A DNA stretch of 64,000 nucleotides from Cyanophora paradoxa CCMP329 (GCA_004431415.1 QPMI01000408.1:930001-994000), one strand, 5' to 3'. Numbered from the stretch's first letter, positions 1 through 13,190 are shown. Numbers and translations are program-made. Notes: generated by a model from the sequence alone, not told the origin.

Positions 1-450
1 CACTGGCCAGTTAGCGGGGCGGGCCCGGAGCGCGGCGAAGGGCTGCGGCGGCGCGTCAGGCGGGCCCATAGGCGCAGCGGTCGTCGGCAGCAGCTCACCG
101 AGCGGGGCGAATGCACGGCCGGCGGCAGCGGCGGCTCGCGGAGAGGGCCGGATGGGCGGCAGGCGGCGGCAGCAGCTCGCGGGGCGGGCCGGAAGCGCGG
201 CGAGGGGCGGCGGCGGCGCGTCGGACGGTGCAGAGACTCGGCAAGGGCTGCAACACATCACGGGGCGGGCCGGAGGCGCAGCGGACGGCGGCGGCAGATC
301 CCGGGGCGGGACGAAAGCGCGGCATGGCTGGCAGGCGGAGACGGGGCGGAAGCGCTGCAGGGGGCACCGTGTCTCGCAGGGCGGGACGGAGGGGCACCGG
401 GCGGCAGAGACGGCTCACGGGGCGGACCGGACGCGAGGCGAGCAGCAGCA
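1..450. repeat. GC-rich degenerate minisatellite (GGCGCGGCGGGCGGC / GGCTCGC-type)
   Basis: Same motif vocabulary as the minisatellite at 4440-6058; ORFs here are low-complexity G/A/R or P/A/R. Confidence 0.6.
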
Positions 451-899
451 GTACTAGCTTCCGACCTCCCCCGTTCAAACGCTGTATCACCAACAATATT
501 CACGGTATACAATACATATTTAACATAGATATCTACCGATCTATATACCGAGCTGGCGCTAGATCTAGTGACAGGATAGGCGGGAGATTCACAGGGGGCT
601 CCGGATCTAAACTGCACCCCGCCACGAGTCGGAGCTAAACTGCACCCCGCATCGACGAAGACCAGATGCCATTGAGCATCCTGAGATAGTAAGCAAAGCG
701 GCAGAGCGCACACTTACGGCAAAGAGTAGAGATTGAAGATTCAAAGCTGACGAACGAGACGGGGGGGGGGAGTGGAGGGGGGGGGAGGGGGGGGCGGGGC
801 GCACGGGCCGCAGAGCCGAGAGGGCACGGAGAGAGGAGGTGGCGGGCCTGGAGGCGAGGAGCTCCACGGCGATCCCAGCGTCGTCCCCCAGAGTGGCCT

Positions 900-1560
900 C
901 AAACTGCGGCAAAGGTGTCGTACGCGTCAATCTTGAAACGGGCCGAGTAAGGCATGTCCGTCAGGAACATCAGGCACGACAGATGAGCAGAGTAGTTCCA
1001 ACTCAATGATGGACAGGAACATGCAGCGACCACGCCCAGTATTACTATCGATCGCGATATAGACTCACTGAGCCAGAGACTGGCTGCAGCTGACGTAAGG
1101 GGGGTAAGTCAACAAGACGTGTATCTTGCTCATGATCAGGTGGGCAACGTACACGAAAGCGGTAGCCGGCAATATGAACGAAGACGGCGGCCGCAGATCG
1201 CTCGACCGGGGACGCATCGCCGGCGGCTGATCATGATCGAGCACACACGTCTAGATCTGCACGATTGAGCACATGCGAGGGCGATGCCGCACGGCGGCGC
1301 GCGCCAGGAGCAGTAGCGACGGATGCGCACCAGGCGGCAGCAGCACCAAGCGGCGCGGGAGGAAGCGTAAACTTGAGGACATCCGAAGCGACACTTGCAG
1401 CGTTCCTTGTACTCTGCCATGAAACTGGCGATCCGTGCTGAACGCGCCATATGCGCGGGGAGCTGCTTTAGCGATACGCGAGCTGTGTACGCGCGAACGA
1501 GTAGGAGAGCAACACACCTAATCGTGACATCTCCAACTCCAACGTCCACGGCATCGGCAC
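900..1560 (-). pseudogene. Internally deleted relic of a Helitron RepHel gene (Rep fragment fused near an OTU-like fragment)
   Basis: 1375-1460 translates to HMARSARIASFMAEYKERCKCRFGCP, versus HVARSARIAKFMAEYKERCKCRFGFP in the long RepHel (~43195-43280). 1000-1045 translates to SNTGRGRCMFLSIIE, versus SNSGAGRCMFLSIID (~38615-38660); both are followed by VPDVP. Confidence 0.85.
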
Positions 1561-1653
1561 TGATTCCTTCGTAACCTCTGTCCGTAAGTGCAACTTATAG
1601 CTTTCAGCCGCAGTCCGTACCTGTATATCTGCACTTTTGGAGTATTGCAATAC

Positions 1654-1997
1654 TTGGTCGACAGAATCAGTCGATCGACAGAATCAGTCGATCGACTGAT
1701 TTTGCGCCAGAATCGGTCGACCGAATCAGTCGAATTTTATCGACTGATTCTGCGCCAGAATCGGTCGACAAAATCAGTCGATCGACAGAATCAGTCGATC
1801 GACTGATTCTGCGCCAGAATCGGTCGACCGAATCAGTCGAATTTTATCGACTGATTCTGCGCCAGAATCGGTCGACAAAATCAGTCGATCGACAGAATCA
1901 GTCGATCGACTGATTCTGCGCCAGAATCGGTCGACCGAATCAGTCGAATTTTATCGACTGATTCTGCGACAGAATCGGTCGACAAAATCAGTCGATA
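1654..1997. repeat. Left subterminal tandem array, ~107-bp unit, rich in TCGA/GTCGAC quasi-palindromes
   Basis: GACTGATTCTGCGCCAGAATCGGTCGACCG recurs at 1801 and 1908; about 3 units. Confidence 0.9.
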
Positions 1998-2626
1998 TAA
2001 ATCTGTCGATACTTGATATATTAATATATATTGATATATCGCCAGGTTTGTCGATAAATTGATTAATATTCTTCATATTAGGATTATTGATTTGTAGATT
2101 ATCTTGTATAAATATTGAGCCAGTACTAGTGGAGGATCTCCGGGGGATCCAGCTGCAAGTCGCATGCACAGGCATAGGTCAGCTACACTATAGCCTATAT
2201 AGCTATATATAGGCCCTGACGGCCCATGACTAGCTATAGGCGGGCCAGAACACATGTACATCTGGCATTGGCTTTTTGCATCTATATAAATTAGTTAATC
2301 TGCAGGCCACCTATTTTCACATATCGTGCGGGCCGCCTAATTCATGATCTGCATGCACACACCTATGCATACATGTCACATCGCAAATATGATCCCTACT
2401 CTGGCCTAGCCCTGCCTAGTCCTGCAAATATAAACCCTACCCTGGCCCCGGAAGAAGTATAAACCCTGCAACAAAGGGCGAGTCAGAAGCTGGAGGATAA
2501 CGGGTGAAGCGATGCGGCCCGCACCAGGTCGTTCTGCACCTCGCCGCCCTCGCTGCGCCATGCGCATCGCGGTGAGCGAGAGCTTAAATCGAATGGAAAG
2601 AGGAAAAGGCCGGCACGCAGGCGGCT

Positions 2627-5600
2627 ATGCACCTCGGCGAGGAGAGGAGGCAGAAGATCAGCTTGCGATCGCTCCGCGTCCGCTGATGGCGAGAGCGACG
2701 CGCTCGCTGCGCTTGGAGAGTCAATCGAAAGAAAAGAAGCGTCCGCGCCGGCGAACGACCGCACCTCGGCCCGAGCGGCCGAAAGCATGATCTCCGAGGC
2801 GCCCGGCAGCCCGCGACCGCGACCGCGAGGGCGAGGGCGAGGGCGAAGAGCTCGCTGCGCTCGGATCGAAAGAGAAGAAATATGCGCGACAGCAAACGAC
2901 CGCACCTGCGCCCGAGCGGCCGCAAGCATGAACTCCGAGGCCGATCCCAGCAGCCACGGGCCACACGTCCGGAAAGCGGCACGCACTGCGCTGCGCACGC
3001 CGCCGGCGTTACAACAAGATCAAAGGGCGAGCAGTGGAGACAAGAGCGAGCACCTGGCCTGCGGAAGAAGGCGCCGGGCGAACTGGGCGGTGGTGTTCTG
3101 CTCGCGGGGACCAGTCACGCCCGCTCCCTGGCCCGCCAGCGAAATGAGGGATTGAATCAAAGGAGAGGAAACGAAAAGCACCTTGCTTCGCCTCCGCAGC
3201 CGCCGCCTACGTTCCGCGCGTGCCTGTCAGCGGCAGAACGCCCACTGGCGACAGCCGCGGGAGGAATGGACAAAAAAGGCAACAAGGAGGTCGACAGCGA
3301 TGCGTTCGCGAGCGTTCGCGGCCGCAACCGGGCGCCAGCCACCCTGAAGCAGCGCTCTGCGTTTGAAATCAGGCGGGCGACAGGCGGCGAGAGGCGCCAG
3401 AGGATGCAAGAGAGGACCTTCGAGCATCGTTCGCGCTGGAAGCCGACGAAGTTCGCTGCGGCGGCAGCAAGTCCGTTCGACCTGGTTTGAAAAGCGGAAT
3501 CAGAGACGCGGGCAGCGCTGCGAGACCCCGGAGGAGCCAACGAACCGAGCCGCTGTGAGAGTGAAGCGCGTCCGCGCGGCAGCCTTCAGTCGAGGCTGCA
3601 GCTGCTGGCAGCAAGGCACATGAAGGCGCTTCAAGGCAGCAAGTTTGGGGTACACGACTGTTGGGAAAAGCCTTGTGAGGCCCACAGCGGCAGGGCCGCC
3701 GCGGCAGCCGCGCCGTAGTATAGCTTTCCGAAGCCGCCTGAAGCGATTGCCAACGGCTCGACCTGGCCCTCGGTCCGGAGCGCCTCCCGCTGCGGCACCT
3801 TCGCGCGTGCTCGCAGCACGCAGCGCGAGGCAGCTACAAGCACGTGAGCTTGTAATCATGGGTCCAGCTCCCCCCGTAGCGTCGTCCCTGCGCCGCGCCG
3901 ATCCACAGCTAGATCGACGTCGACCAGCTGCAGGCCCGCAACCCCGCGCTGGGTGACTTCGCCGTGCTGGCCGGGTTCTTTGCGTGGCTTTCAGCTCACT
4001 TACATCCGCAGTATCTCTACCAGACAGCCCCGCGGTCGATTTGGAGGGTTGAGGTGCACGCCGGCCGGCGGAGCTCTCTCACATGTTTCGGTTCATAGCG
4101 CGTCCCTCTAAGATGCTCACGCAGTGCCTCTGACTCTGGACTGGCCGGGCGCTGCGTGAGCGCGCGGACCGACGCAACCTCCCGATCGGCGGTCGCCTCG
4201 GGTGCGCCTGCCAAGCACAGCATTTGGCCAGCGACGCGCGAGCGCGTAGCTGACGAGGCCCAGATCGCCAGGATGGGTGAGCCGCCTCGGATCGTCGCAG
4301 TTTGGGAGACATTCTTCTACACTGCCTGGGTGAGCCGGCTGGGCCCGTGCGCGTCGCTGACGGGACGCGTACGCGTCGCTGACGGGGCGCGCCGGTAACA
4401 CAGGATACCGGAAAACGCCGCGTGAAGCCCAGGGGCTGGGGTGCGGTGGTTGGCGACGCCGCTCGCGGGGCGGGGCGGATCCGGAGGCGCGGCAGGCGGC
4501 CGCGTGAATTCCAGGATAGGGCGGAGGCGCTTCCTGCGGCGCTGCAGCTCGCGGAGGCGGGCGGGCGGCCGGAGGCGCGGCGCGTGGCGGCGCGGCTCGC
4601 CGGGCGGGGCAGAGGCGCGGCGGGCGGCCGCACGGCTCGCCAGGCGGGCCGGGGCGCGGCGGGTGGCGTCGGCGGCTCGCCGGGCGGGGCGGAGGCGCGG
4701 CAGGCGGCGGAGGCAGCTTGCCGGGCCGGGCGGAGGCGCGGCGGGCGGCCGCGAGGCTCCGCTGGGCGTGGCGGAGGCGCGGCGGGCGGCGGCGAGGCTC
4801 GCCAGGTGGGCCGGGGGCGCGGCGGGCGGCGGCGCGGCTCGCGGAGCGGGATGGATCCTCGCGGGCGGCAGCGAGTGGCGGGGCAGACGCTCGGCGGGCG
4901 GCCGCGCGCCTCGCGGGCCGGGGCGGAGGCGCGGCGGGCGGCGGCGCGCCTCGCTGGGCGGGGCGGAGGCGCGGCGGGCGGCGGCGCGCCTCGCGGGGCG
5001 GGCGGAGGCGTGGCGGGCGGCGGCGGCGGCTCGCCGGGCGGGGCGGAGGCGCGGCAGGCGGCGGGGGCAGCTCGCCGGGCCGGGCGGAGGCGCGGCGGGC
5101 GGCCGCGAGGCTCCGCTGGGCGGGGCGGAGGCGCGGCGGGCGGCGGAGGCGGCTCGCGGGGCGGGACGGAGGCGCGGCGGGCGGCGGCGGCGGCTCGCGG
5201 ACCGGGGCAGACGCTCGGCGGGCGGCCGCGCGGCTCGCCAGGCGGGCCGGGGCTCGGCGGGCGGCCGCGCGGCTCGCCAGGCGGGCCGGGGGCGCGGCGG
5301 GCGGCGGCGCGGCTCGCCGGGCGGGCCGGGGGCGCGGCGGGCGGCGGCGCGGCTCGCCGGGCGAGACTGTGGCGCGGCGGGCGGCGGCGAGGCTCGCCAG
5401 GTGGGCCGGGGGCGCGGCGGGCGGCGGCGCGGCTCGCGAGGCGTGACGGAGGCGCGGCAGGAGGCGGAGGCAGCTCGCCGGGCCAGGCGGAGGCGCGGCG
5501 GGCGGCCGCGAGGCTCCGCTGGCGGGGCGGAGGCGCGGCGGGCGGCTGCAAGGCTCGGCTGGGCGGGGCGGAGGCGCGGCGGGCGGCGGCGGCGGCTCGC

Positions 5601-6058
5601 GGGGCGGGACGGAGGCGCGGCGGGCGGCCGTGCGGCTCGCCAGGCGGGCCGGGGGCGCGGCGGGCGGCGGCGCGGCTCGCCGGGCGAGAATGTGGCGCGG
5701 CGGGCGGCGGCGGGGCTCCGCCGTGCGGGCGGAGGCGCGGCGGGCGGCAGAGGCAGCTCGCCGGGCGGGCGAAGGCGCGGCGGGCTGTGGCGCGGCTCGT
5801 GGGGTGGACGGAGGCGCGGCCGGGCGGCGGCGGCGGCTCGCGGACCGGGGCAGACGCTCGGCGGGCGGCCGCGCGGCTCGCCAGGCGGGCCGGGGGCGCG
5901 GCGGGCGGCGGCGCGGTTCGCCGGGCGGGGCAGACGCGCGGCGGGCGGCCGCACGGCTCGCAAGGCGGGTCGGGGGCGCAGCAAGCGGCGTCGGCGGCTC
6001 GCCGGGCGGGGCGGAGGCGCGGCTCTCCGGGCGGGGCAGAGGTGCGGCGGGCGGGCAC
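2627..6058 (+). repeat. Left arm of large internal inverted repeat (ends in GC minisatellite 4440-6058)
   Basis: 2627-~4870 is the near-identical reverse complement of ~9355-11604; mirrored ORFs include 3500..3859(-) = 10371..10730(+). Confidence 0.9.
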
Positions 6059-6067
6059 TAGGCTCTC

Positions 6068-8762
6068 AGTGCTGGATTTGATTTTGAGGTCGGCGCAGGC
6101 CGCAAGCTAGCTAGTAGCGTGCCGTGCATTATTTTGCAGGGCAAGTCGCCATTATTTTTGGCGGGCATTTTGAGGCCTTCCCGCGCGCCAGGAAATGCGA
6201 ATAGAAGCCCGGCAGCCGGTAATCACGTTGAGGCCCTATCTAACACGCTATCAAATGACTCGTATCCGTTGGCATCTGAGCTGGAAAGGCACGGGCGGAC
6301 TGGGAATCGGCTCTCAAAATTGATCTCGGGAGAAACCCTATAAGGGAGTCGTTCTTCCCCGCCGCAATGCCCGGGAGCCCTGAGCTTCTCGTCAAATACT
6401 CTACAGATACACAGTGGGGCGCTGATATCATCTCCGGGTGCTTACATGTGCCAGGAACCCAGTATTCTTTTAATGGCAGCTAGAGACTCATGATCATGAT
6501 CATGTGCAAAGAAGTGCGAAGTCGCCGCGCTGAGCATATGAGAACGGACGAGCTGACGAGAACTTCAGATTCGGATTCCCCACCCTCGAAATGGGCGGGG
6601 TGCGAATGTGGAGTCAGTCGCGGACCAAGATGACGGAGCGGCGTCAGGTCAAGCGAGCTCTCCGAGACTGTCAACTTGCCCGAAGAGGCCTCGAGGACAG
6701 AAACTTCGGAAATCACCAAGGATAGCATCTTATCTGACAAGTTACATCCGGGCGATGAGACGCTTTCGGGGTTCTTGACAGTGCTGGATTTGATTTTGAG
6801 GTCGGCGCAGGCCGCAAGCTAGCTCGTAGCGTGCCGTGCATTATTTTGCAGGGCAAGTCGCCATTATTTTTGGCGGGCATTTTGAGGCCTTCCCGCGCGC
6901 CAGGAAATGCGAATAGAAGCCCGGCAGCCGGTAATCACGTTGAGGCCCTATCTAACACGCTATCAAATGACTCGTATCCGTTGGCATCTGAGCTGGAAAG
7001 GCACGGGCGGACTGGGAATCGGCTCTCAAAATTGATCTCGGGAGAAACCCTATAAGGGAGTCGTTCTTCCCCGCCGCAATGCCCGGGAGCCCTGAGCTTC
7101 TCGTCAAATACTCTACAGATACACAGTGGGGCGCTGATATCATCTCCGGGTGCTTACATGTGCCAGGAACCCAGTATTCTTTTAATGGCAGCTAGAGACT
7201 CATGATCATGATCATGAGCAAAGAAGTGCGAAGTCGCCGCGCTGAGCATATGAGAACGGACGAGCTGACGAGAACTTCAGATTCGGCTTCCCCACCCTCG
7301 AAATGGGCGGGGTGCAAATGTGGAGTCAGTCGCGGACCAAGATGACGGAGCGGCGTCAGGTCAAGCGAGCTCTCCGAGACTGTCAACTTGCCCCGAAGAT
7401 GCCTCGAGGACAGAAACTTCGGAAATCACCAAGGATAGCATCTTATCTGACAAGTTACATCCGGGCGATGAGACGCTTTCGGGGGTTCTTGACAGTGCTG
7501 GATTTGATTTTGAGGTCGGCGCAGGCCGCAAGCTAGCTCGTAGCGTGCCGTGCATTATTTTGCAGGGCAAGTCGCCATTATTTTTGGCGGGCATTTTGAG
7601 GCCTTCCCGCGCGCCAGGAAATGCGAATAGAAGCCCGGCAGCCGGTAATCACGTTGAGGCCCTATCTAACACGCTATCAAATGACTCGTATCCGTTGGCA
7701 TCTGAGCTGGAAAGGCACGGGCGGACTGGGAATCGGCTCTCAAAATTGATCTCGGGAGAAACCCTATAAGGGAGTCGTTCTTCCCGCCGCAATGCCCGGG
7801 AGCCCTGAGCTTCTCGTCAAATACTCTACAGATACACAGTGGGGCGCTGATATCATCTCCGGGTGCTTACATGTGCCAGGAACCCAGTATTCTTTTAATG
7901 GCAGCTAGAGACTCATGATCATGATCATGAGCAAAGAAGTGCGAAGTCGCCGCGCTGAGCATATGAGAACGGACGAGCTGACGAGAACTTCAGATTCGGA
8001 TTCCCCACCCTCGAAATGGGCGGGGTGCGAATGTGGAGTCAGTCGCGGACCAAGATGACGGAGCGGCGTCAGGTCAAGCGAGCTCTCCGAGACTGTCAAC
8101 TTGCCCGAAGAGGCCTCGAGGACAGAAACTTCGGAAATCACCAAGGATAGCATCTTATCTGACAAGTTACATCCGGGCGATGAGACGCTTTCGGGGTTCT
8201 TGACAGTGCTGGATTTGATTTTGAGGTCGGCGCAGGCCGCAAGCTAGCTCGTAGCGTGCCGTGCATTATTTTGCAGGGCAAGTCGCCATTATTTTTGGCG
8301 GGCATTTTGAGGCCTTCCCGCGCGCCAGGAAATGCGAATAGAAGCCCGGCAGCCGGTAATCACGTTGAGGCCCTATCTAACACGCTATCAAATGACTCGT
8401 ATCCGTTGGCATCTGAGCTGGAAAGGCACGGGCGGACTGGGAATCGGCTCTCAAAATTGATCTCGGGAGAAACCTATAAGGGAGTCGTTCTTCCCCGCCG
8501 CAATGCCCGGGAGCCCTGAGCTTCTCGTCAAATACTCTACAGATACACGTGCACAGTGGGGCGCTGATATCATCTCCGGGTGCTTACACTGTGAGACATG
8601 TGCCAGGAACCCAGTATTCTTTTAATGGCAGCTAGAGACTCATGCATATGATCATGATCATGAGCAAAGAAGTGCAAAGTCGCCGCGCTGAGCATATGAG
8701 AATGGACGAGCTGACGAGAACTTCAGATTCGGATTTCCCACCCTCGAAATGGGCGGGGTGCA
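6068..8762. repeat. Tandem array of ~712-bp units, ~3.8 copies, forming the loop of the inverted repeat
   Basis: The same MPCIILQGK ORF start recurs at 6119, 6831, ~7545 and 8256. Confidence 0.95.
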
Positions 8763-8821
8763 TATCCGATGATCTACGCAAGAGTACTACGGTACAGAGC
8801 GAGCATCTGCAGGCTTCCCAC

Positions 8822-11604
8822 GAGCCTCCGCCGCGCCACTCCTCCGCCCTGCCCTGCGAGCCGCGCAGCCGGCCGCCGCGCCTGCGCACCGCCGCCCGCC
8901 GCCCTCTGCCCCGCCCGGCGAGTCGCGCCGCAGCGCGCCGCGCCTCCGGCCGCCCAGCGAGCCGCGCGCCGCCCGCCCCGCCTCCGCCCGGCCCGGCGAG
9001 CTGCCTCCGCCGGCCCGGCGAGCTGCCTCCGCGCCTGCCGCGCCTCGGCCCCGCCCGGCGAGCCGCCGACGCCGCCCGCCGCGCCTCCGCCCGCCCAGCG
9101 GAGCCTCGCGGCCGCCCGCTGCGCCTCCGCCCGACCCGGCGAGCTGCCTCCGCCGCCTGCCGCGCCTTCGCCCCGCCCGGCGAGCCGCCGACGCCGCTTG
9201 CTGCGCCTCCATCCCGCCCCGCGAGCCGCCGCCGCCGCCCGCCACGCCTCCGCCCCGCCCAGCGAGGCGCGCCGCCGCCCGCCGCGCCTCCGCCCCGGCC
9301 CGCGAGGCGCGCGGCCGCCCGCCGAGCGTCTGCCCCGCCCGGCGAGCCTCGCCGCCGCCCGCGAGGATCCATCCCGCTCCGCGAGCCGCGCCGCCGCCCG
9401 CCGCGCCCCCGGCCCACCTGGCGAGCCTCGCCGCCGCCCGCCGCGCCTCCGCCACGCCCAGCGGAGCCTCGCGGCCGCCCGCCGCGCCTCCGCCCGGCCG
9501 GCAAGCTGCCTCCGCGCCTGCCGCGCCTCCGCCCCGCCCGGCGAGCCGCCGACGCCACCCGCCGCGCCCCGGCCCGCCTGGCGAGCCGTGCGGCCGCCCG
9601 CCGCGCCTCTGCCCCGCCCGGCGAGCCGCGCCGCCACGCGCCGCGCCTCCGGCCGCCCGCCCGCCTCCGCGAGCTGCAGCGCCGCAGGAAGCGCCTCCGC
9701 CCTATCCTGGAATTCACGCGGCCGCCTGCCGCGCCTCCGGATCCGCCCCGCCCGCGAGCGGCGTCGCCACCCGCCGCACCCCAGCCCTGGGCTTCACGCG
9801 GCGTTTTCCGGTATCCTGTGTTACCGGCGCACCCCGTCAGCGACGCGTACGCGTCCTGTCAGCGACGCGCACGGGCCCAGCCGGCTCACCTAGGCAGTGT
9901 AGAAGAATGTCTCCCAAACTGCGACGATCCGAGGCGGCTCACCCATCCTGGCGATCTGGGCCTCGTCAGCTACGCGCTCGCGCGTCGCTGGCCAAATGCT
10001 GTGCTTGGCAGGCGCACCCGAGGCGACCGCCGATCGGGAGGTTGCGTCGGTCCGCGCGCTCACGCAGCGCCCGGCCAGTCCAGAGTCAGAGGCACTGCGT
10101 GAGCATCTTAGAGGGACGCGCTATGAACCGAAACATGTGAGAGAGCTCCGCCGGCCGGTGTGCACCTCATGATCAACCCTCCAAATCGACCGCGGGGCTG
10201 TCTGGTAGAGATACTGCGGATGTAAGTGAGCTGAAAGCCACGCAAAGCTTAAGAGCCGGCCAGCACGGCGAAGTCACCCAGCGCGGGGTTGCGGGCCTGC
10301 AGCTGGTCGACGTCGATCTAGCTGTGGATCGGCGCGGCGCAGGGACGACGCTACGGGGGGAGCTGGACCCATGATTACAAGCTCACGTGCTTGTAGCTGC
10401 CTCGCGCTGCGTGCTGCGAGCACGCGCGAAGGTGCCGCAGCGGGAGGCGCTCCGGACCGAGGGCCAGGTCGAGCCGTTGGCAATCGCTTCAGGCGGCTTC
10501 GGAAAGCTATACTACGGCGCGGCTGCCGCGGCGGCCCTGCCGCTGTGGGCCTCACAAGGCTTTTCCCAACAGTCGTGTACCCCAAACTTGCTGCCTTGAA
10601 GCGCCTTCATGTGCCTTGCTGCCAGCAGCTGCAGCCTCGACTGAAGGCTGCCGCGCGGACGCGCTTCACTCTCACAGCGGCTCGGTTCGTTGGCTCCTCC
10701 GGGGTCTCGCAGCGCTGCCCGCGTCTCTGATTCCGCTTTTCAAACCAGGTCGAACGGACTTGCTGCCGCCGCAGCGAACTTCGTCGGCTTCCAGCGCGAA
10801 CGATGCTCGAAGGTCCTCTCTTGCATCCTCTGGCGCCTCTCGCCGCCTGTCGCCCGCCTGATTTCAAACGCAGAGCGCTGCTTCAGGGTGGCTGGCGCCC
10901 GGTTGCGGCCGCGAACGCTCGCGAACGCATCGCTGTCGACCTCCTTGTTGCCTTTTTTGTCCATTCCTCCCGCGGCTGTCGCCAGTGGGCGTTCTGCCGC
11001 TGACAGGCACGCGCCGAACGTAGGCGGCGGCTGCGGAGGCGAAGCAAGGTGCTTTTCGTTTCCTCTCCTTTGATTCAATCCCTCATTTCGCTGGCGGGCC
11101 AGGGAGCGGGCGTGACTGGTCCCCGCGAGCAGAACACCACCGCCCAGTTCGCCCGGCGCCTTCTTCCGCAGGCCAGGTGCTCGCTCTTGTCTCCACTGCT
11201 CGCCCTTTGATCTTGTTGTAACGCCGGCGGCGTGCGCAGCGCAGCGCGTGCCGCTTTCCGGACGTGTGGCCCGGTGGCTGCTGGGATCGGCCTCGGAGTT
11301 CATGCTTGCGGCCGCTCGGGCGCAGGTGCGGTCGTTTGCTGTCGCGCATATTTCTTCTCTTTCGATCCGAGCGCAGCGAGCTCTTCGCCCTCGCCCTCGC
11401 CCTCGCGGTCGCGGTCGCGGGCTGCCGGGCGCCTCGGAGATCATGCTTTCGGCCGCTCGGGCCGAGGTGCGGTCGTTCGCCGGCGCGGACGCTTCTTTTC
11501 TTTCGATTGACTCTCCAAGCGCAGCGAGCGCGTCGCTCTCGCCATCAGCGGACGCGGAGCGATCGCAAGCTGATCTTCTGCCTCCTCTCCTCGCCGAGGT
11601 GCAT
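8822..11604 (-). repeat. Right arm of large internal inverted repeat
   Basis: Reverse complement of the arm starting at 2627; the match ends at GAGGTGCAT (11604). Confidence 0.9.
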
Positions 11605-12337
11605 GCCCGGCCGCGTACCCCGTGCGCCCCCGCGCCCCTTCCCCGCCCGCCGCCCGCCGCCCGCGCCGCCTTACGCGCGCCCGCGCAGGCCGCGCCCGCG
11701 CATCGACTCGCGGGCTTCGCTCTCCCGCCGCCGCCTCGAGGTGCTCGCGCTGGGCCCCGCCCCCGCCGAGGCCGACGGGGCGGCGGGGGCGCAGCCGGTG
11801 AAGCTGGAGGCGCTGCGGGCCCTCCTGGAGGAGCGCGCCGCGGAGAAGGTGGCCCGCCCCCGCCGCCCCCGCCGCGCCACCGGGCGCGGCCCCTGCGGCC
11901 CCGCGAGCTCGGAGCTCCCGCCGTGACGGCGGGGCCCGCCCCGCGGCCGGCGCCGCTCAATTTTGGCCGGAGACCTTTGCCCTGGCCGCGGGCCGCAGGG
12001 GGACGTGCCGACGTAGTACTAGTACTAGTCTCTTTGGCTACTCTTGCTAGGCCCCCCGTGCCACGCTGCCTCACACGGATTTGCTGGGGGCTATTTGTGC
12101 TGCCTGCTGGGATGCTGGACCGCTGGGATTGCTGCCTGCTGGGATGCTGGAAGGCGCCTGGGCCAGTCCAGGATTGCTGCATATGGACGGATGCAGCAGG
12201 CGGTAGCAAGGGCTGCGTATAATTATATATAACACAATATTTTTCAGAACTGGCTATAATTGATTTCAGTTGATATTATATATATATAAGAAATAGATCG
12301 ACAGATAAGGGTGAAATTATTATACGATAAAACACAA

Positions 12338-12741
12338 CTGATCGACTGATTCTGCGCCAGAATCGGTCGACCGAATCAGTCGAATTTTATCGACTGATTC
12401 TGCGCCAGAATCGGTCGACAAAATCAGTCGATCGACAGAATCAGTCGATCGACTGATTCTGCGACAGAATCGGTCGACCGAATCAGTCGAATTTTATCGA
12501 CTGATTCTGCGCCAGAATCGGTCGACAAAATCAGTCGATCGACAGAATCAGTCGATCGACTGATTTTGCGCCAGAATCGGTCGACCGAATCAGTCGAATT
12601 TTATCGACTGATTCTGCGCCAGAATCGGTCGACAAAATCAGTCGATCGACAGAATCAGTCGATCGACTGATTTTGGGCCAGAATCGGTCGACCGAATCAG
12701 TCGAATTTTATCGACTGATTCTGTCGCAGATTCTGTCGAAG
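12338..12741. repeat. Right subterminal tandem array (same ~107-bp unit, same orientation as the left array)
   Basis: The asymmetric core GTCGAATTTTATCGAC reads identically on the + strand in both arrays. Confidence 0.9.
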
Positions 12742-12985
12742 GTATTGCAATACTCCAAAAGTGCAGATATATACCTGTGGCCAAACGATTCCGCGGCCGC
12801 AGTTCCACGAGGGAGCCGCAAGCGGATCCGGTCGAATGCCCAGGGGGGGTGAACCAGTGTACGGGTACACGTTCCCGCAATTCACCTGCAGGCACAGTTG
12901 CATACGCGACAGCCAGGGGTGCAGAACCATTGAAACTGTTCAGCACCAGCGTCCTATCGACAGAACACCGCAACCTTATACTCGA

Positions 12986-13190
12986 CGGATCCGACGTGCT
13001 GAACTGTTCAGCACGGGGGGGGTGGAACAGCGTACGGGTACACGTTACGACTCCCGTCCCTCGCATACGAACGCAAAAGCCAGGCGTCCCGCCAGCAAAA
13101 GCACAGATCCACTACAAGCGTGCGACGCCTGCATAGAGCGCTGCAACACAAGCCCTTCCGCACGTGCATCCGCATGCGATGCAGTCGGGG
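12986..13190. promoter_or_regulatory. ~200-bp hairpin/G-run cassette, copy 1 (function inferred, possibly promoter or element end)
   Basis: CGGATCCGACGTGCTGAACTGTTCAGCACG-G-run-...CAGCGTACGGGTACACGTTA is shared with 25650-25850; palindrome at 12995-13015. Confidence 0.45.

Larger units (their letters stand above)
1624..12771. mobile_element. Non-autonomous TIR DNA transposon with foldback-like interior, 11.1 kb
   Basis: 30-bp perfect TIRs TATATCTGCACTTTTGGAGTATTGCAATAC (1624-1653; reverse complement at 12742-12771), flanked by the direct repeat TACCTG (1618-1623 and 12772-12777). No transposase ORF recognised. Confidence 0.9.

Noticed and set aside
1654-1997. CRISPR-like appearance of the palindromic arrays
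   Set aside because: No unique spacers, no cas genes, and the context is eukaryotic.
4079-10102. Long 400-660 aa P/A/R/G-rich ORFs
   Set aside because: They are open on both strands and in several frames because the GC minisatellite lacks stop codons; no domain motifs.
1624-12771. Polinton/Maverick assignment from the 6-bp TSD
   Set aside because: No pPolB, integrase or capsid; TIRs are short and do not start with AG repeats.
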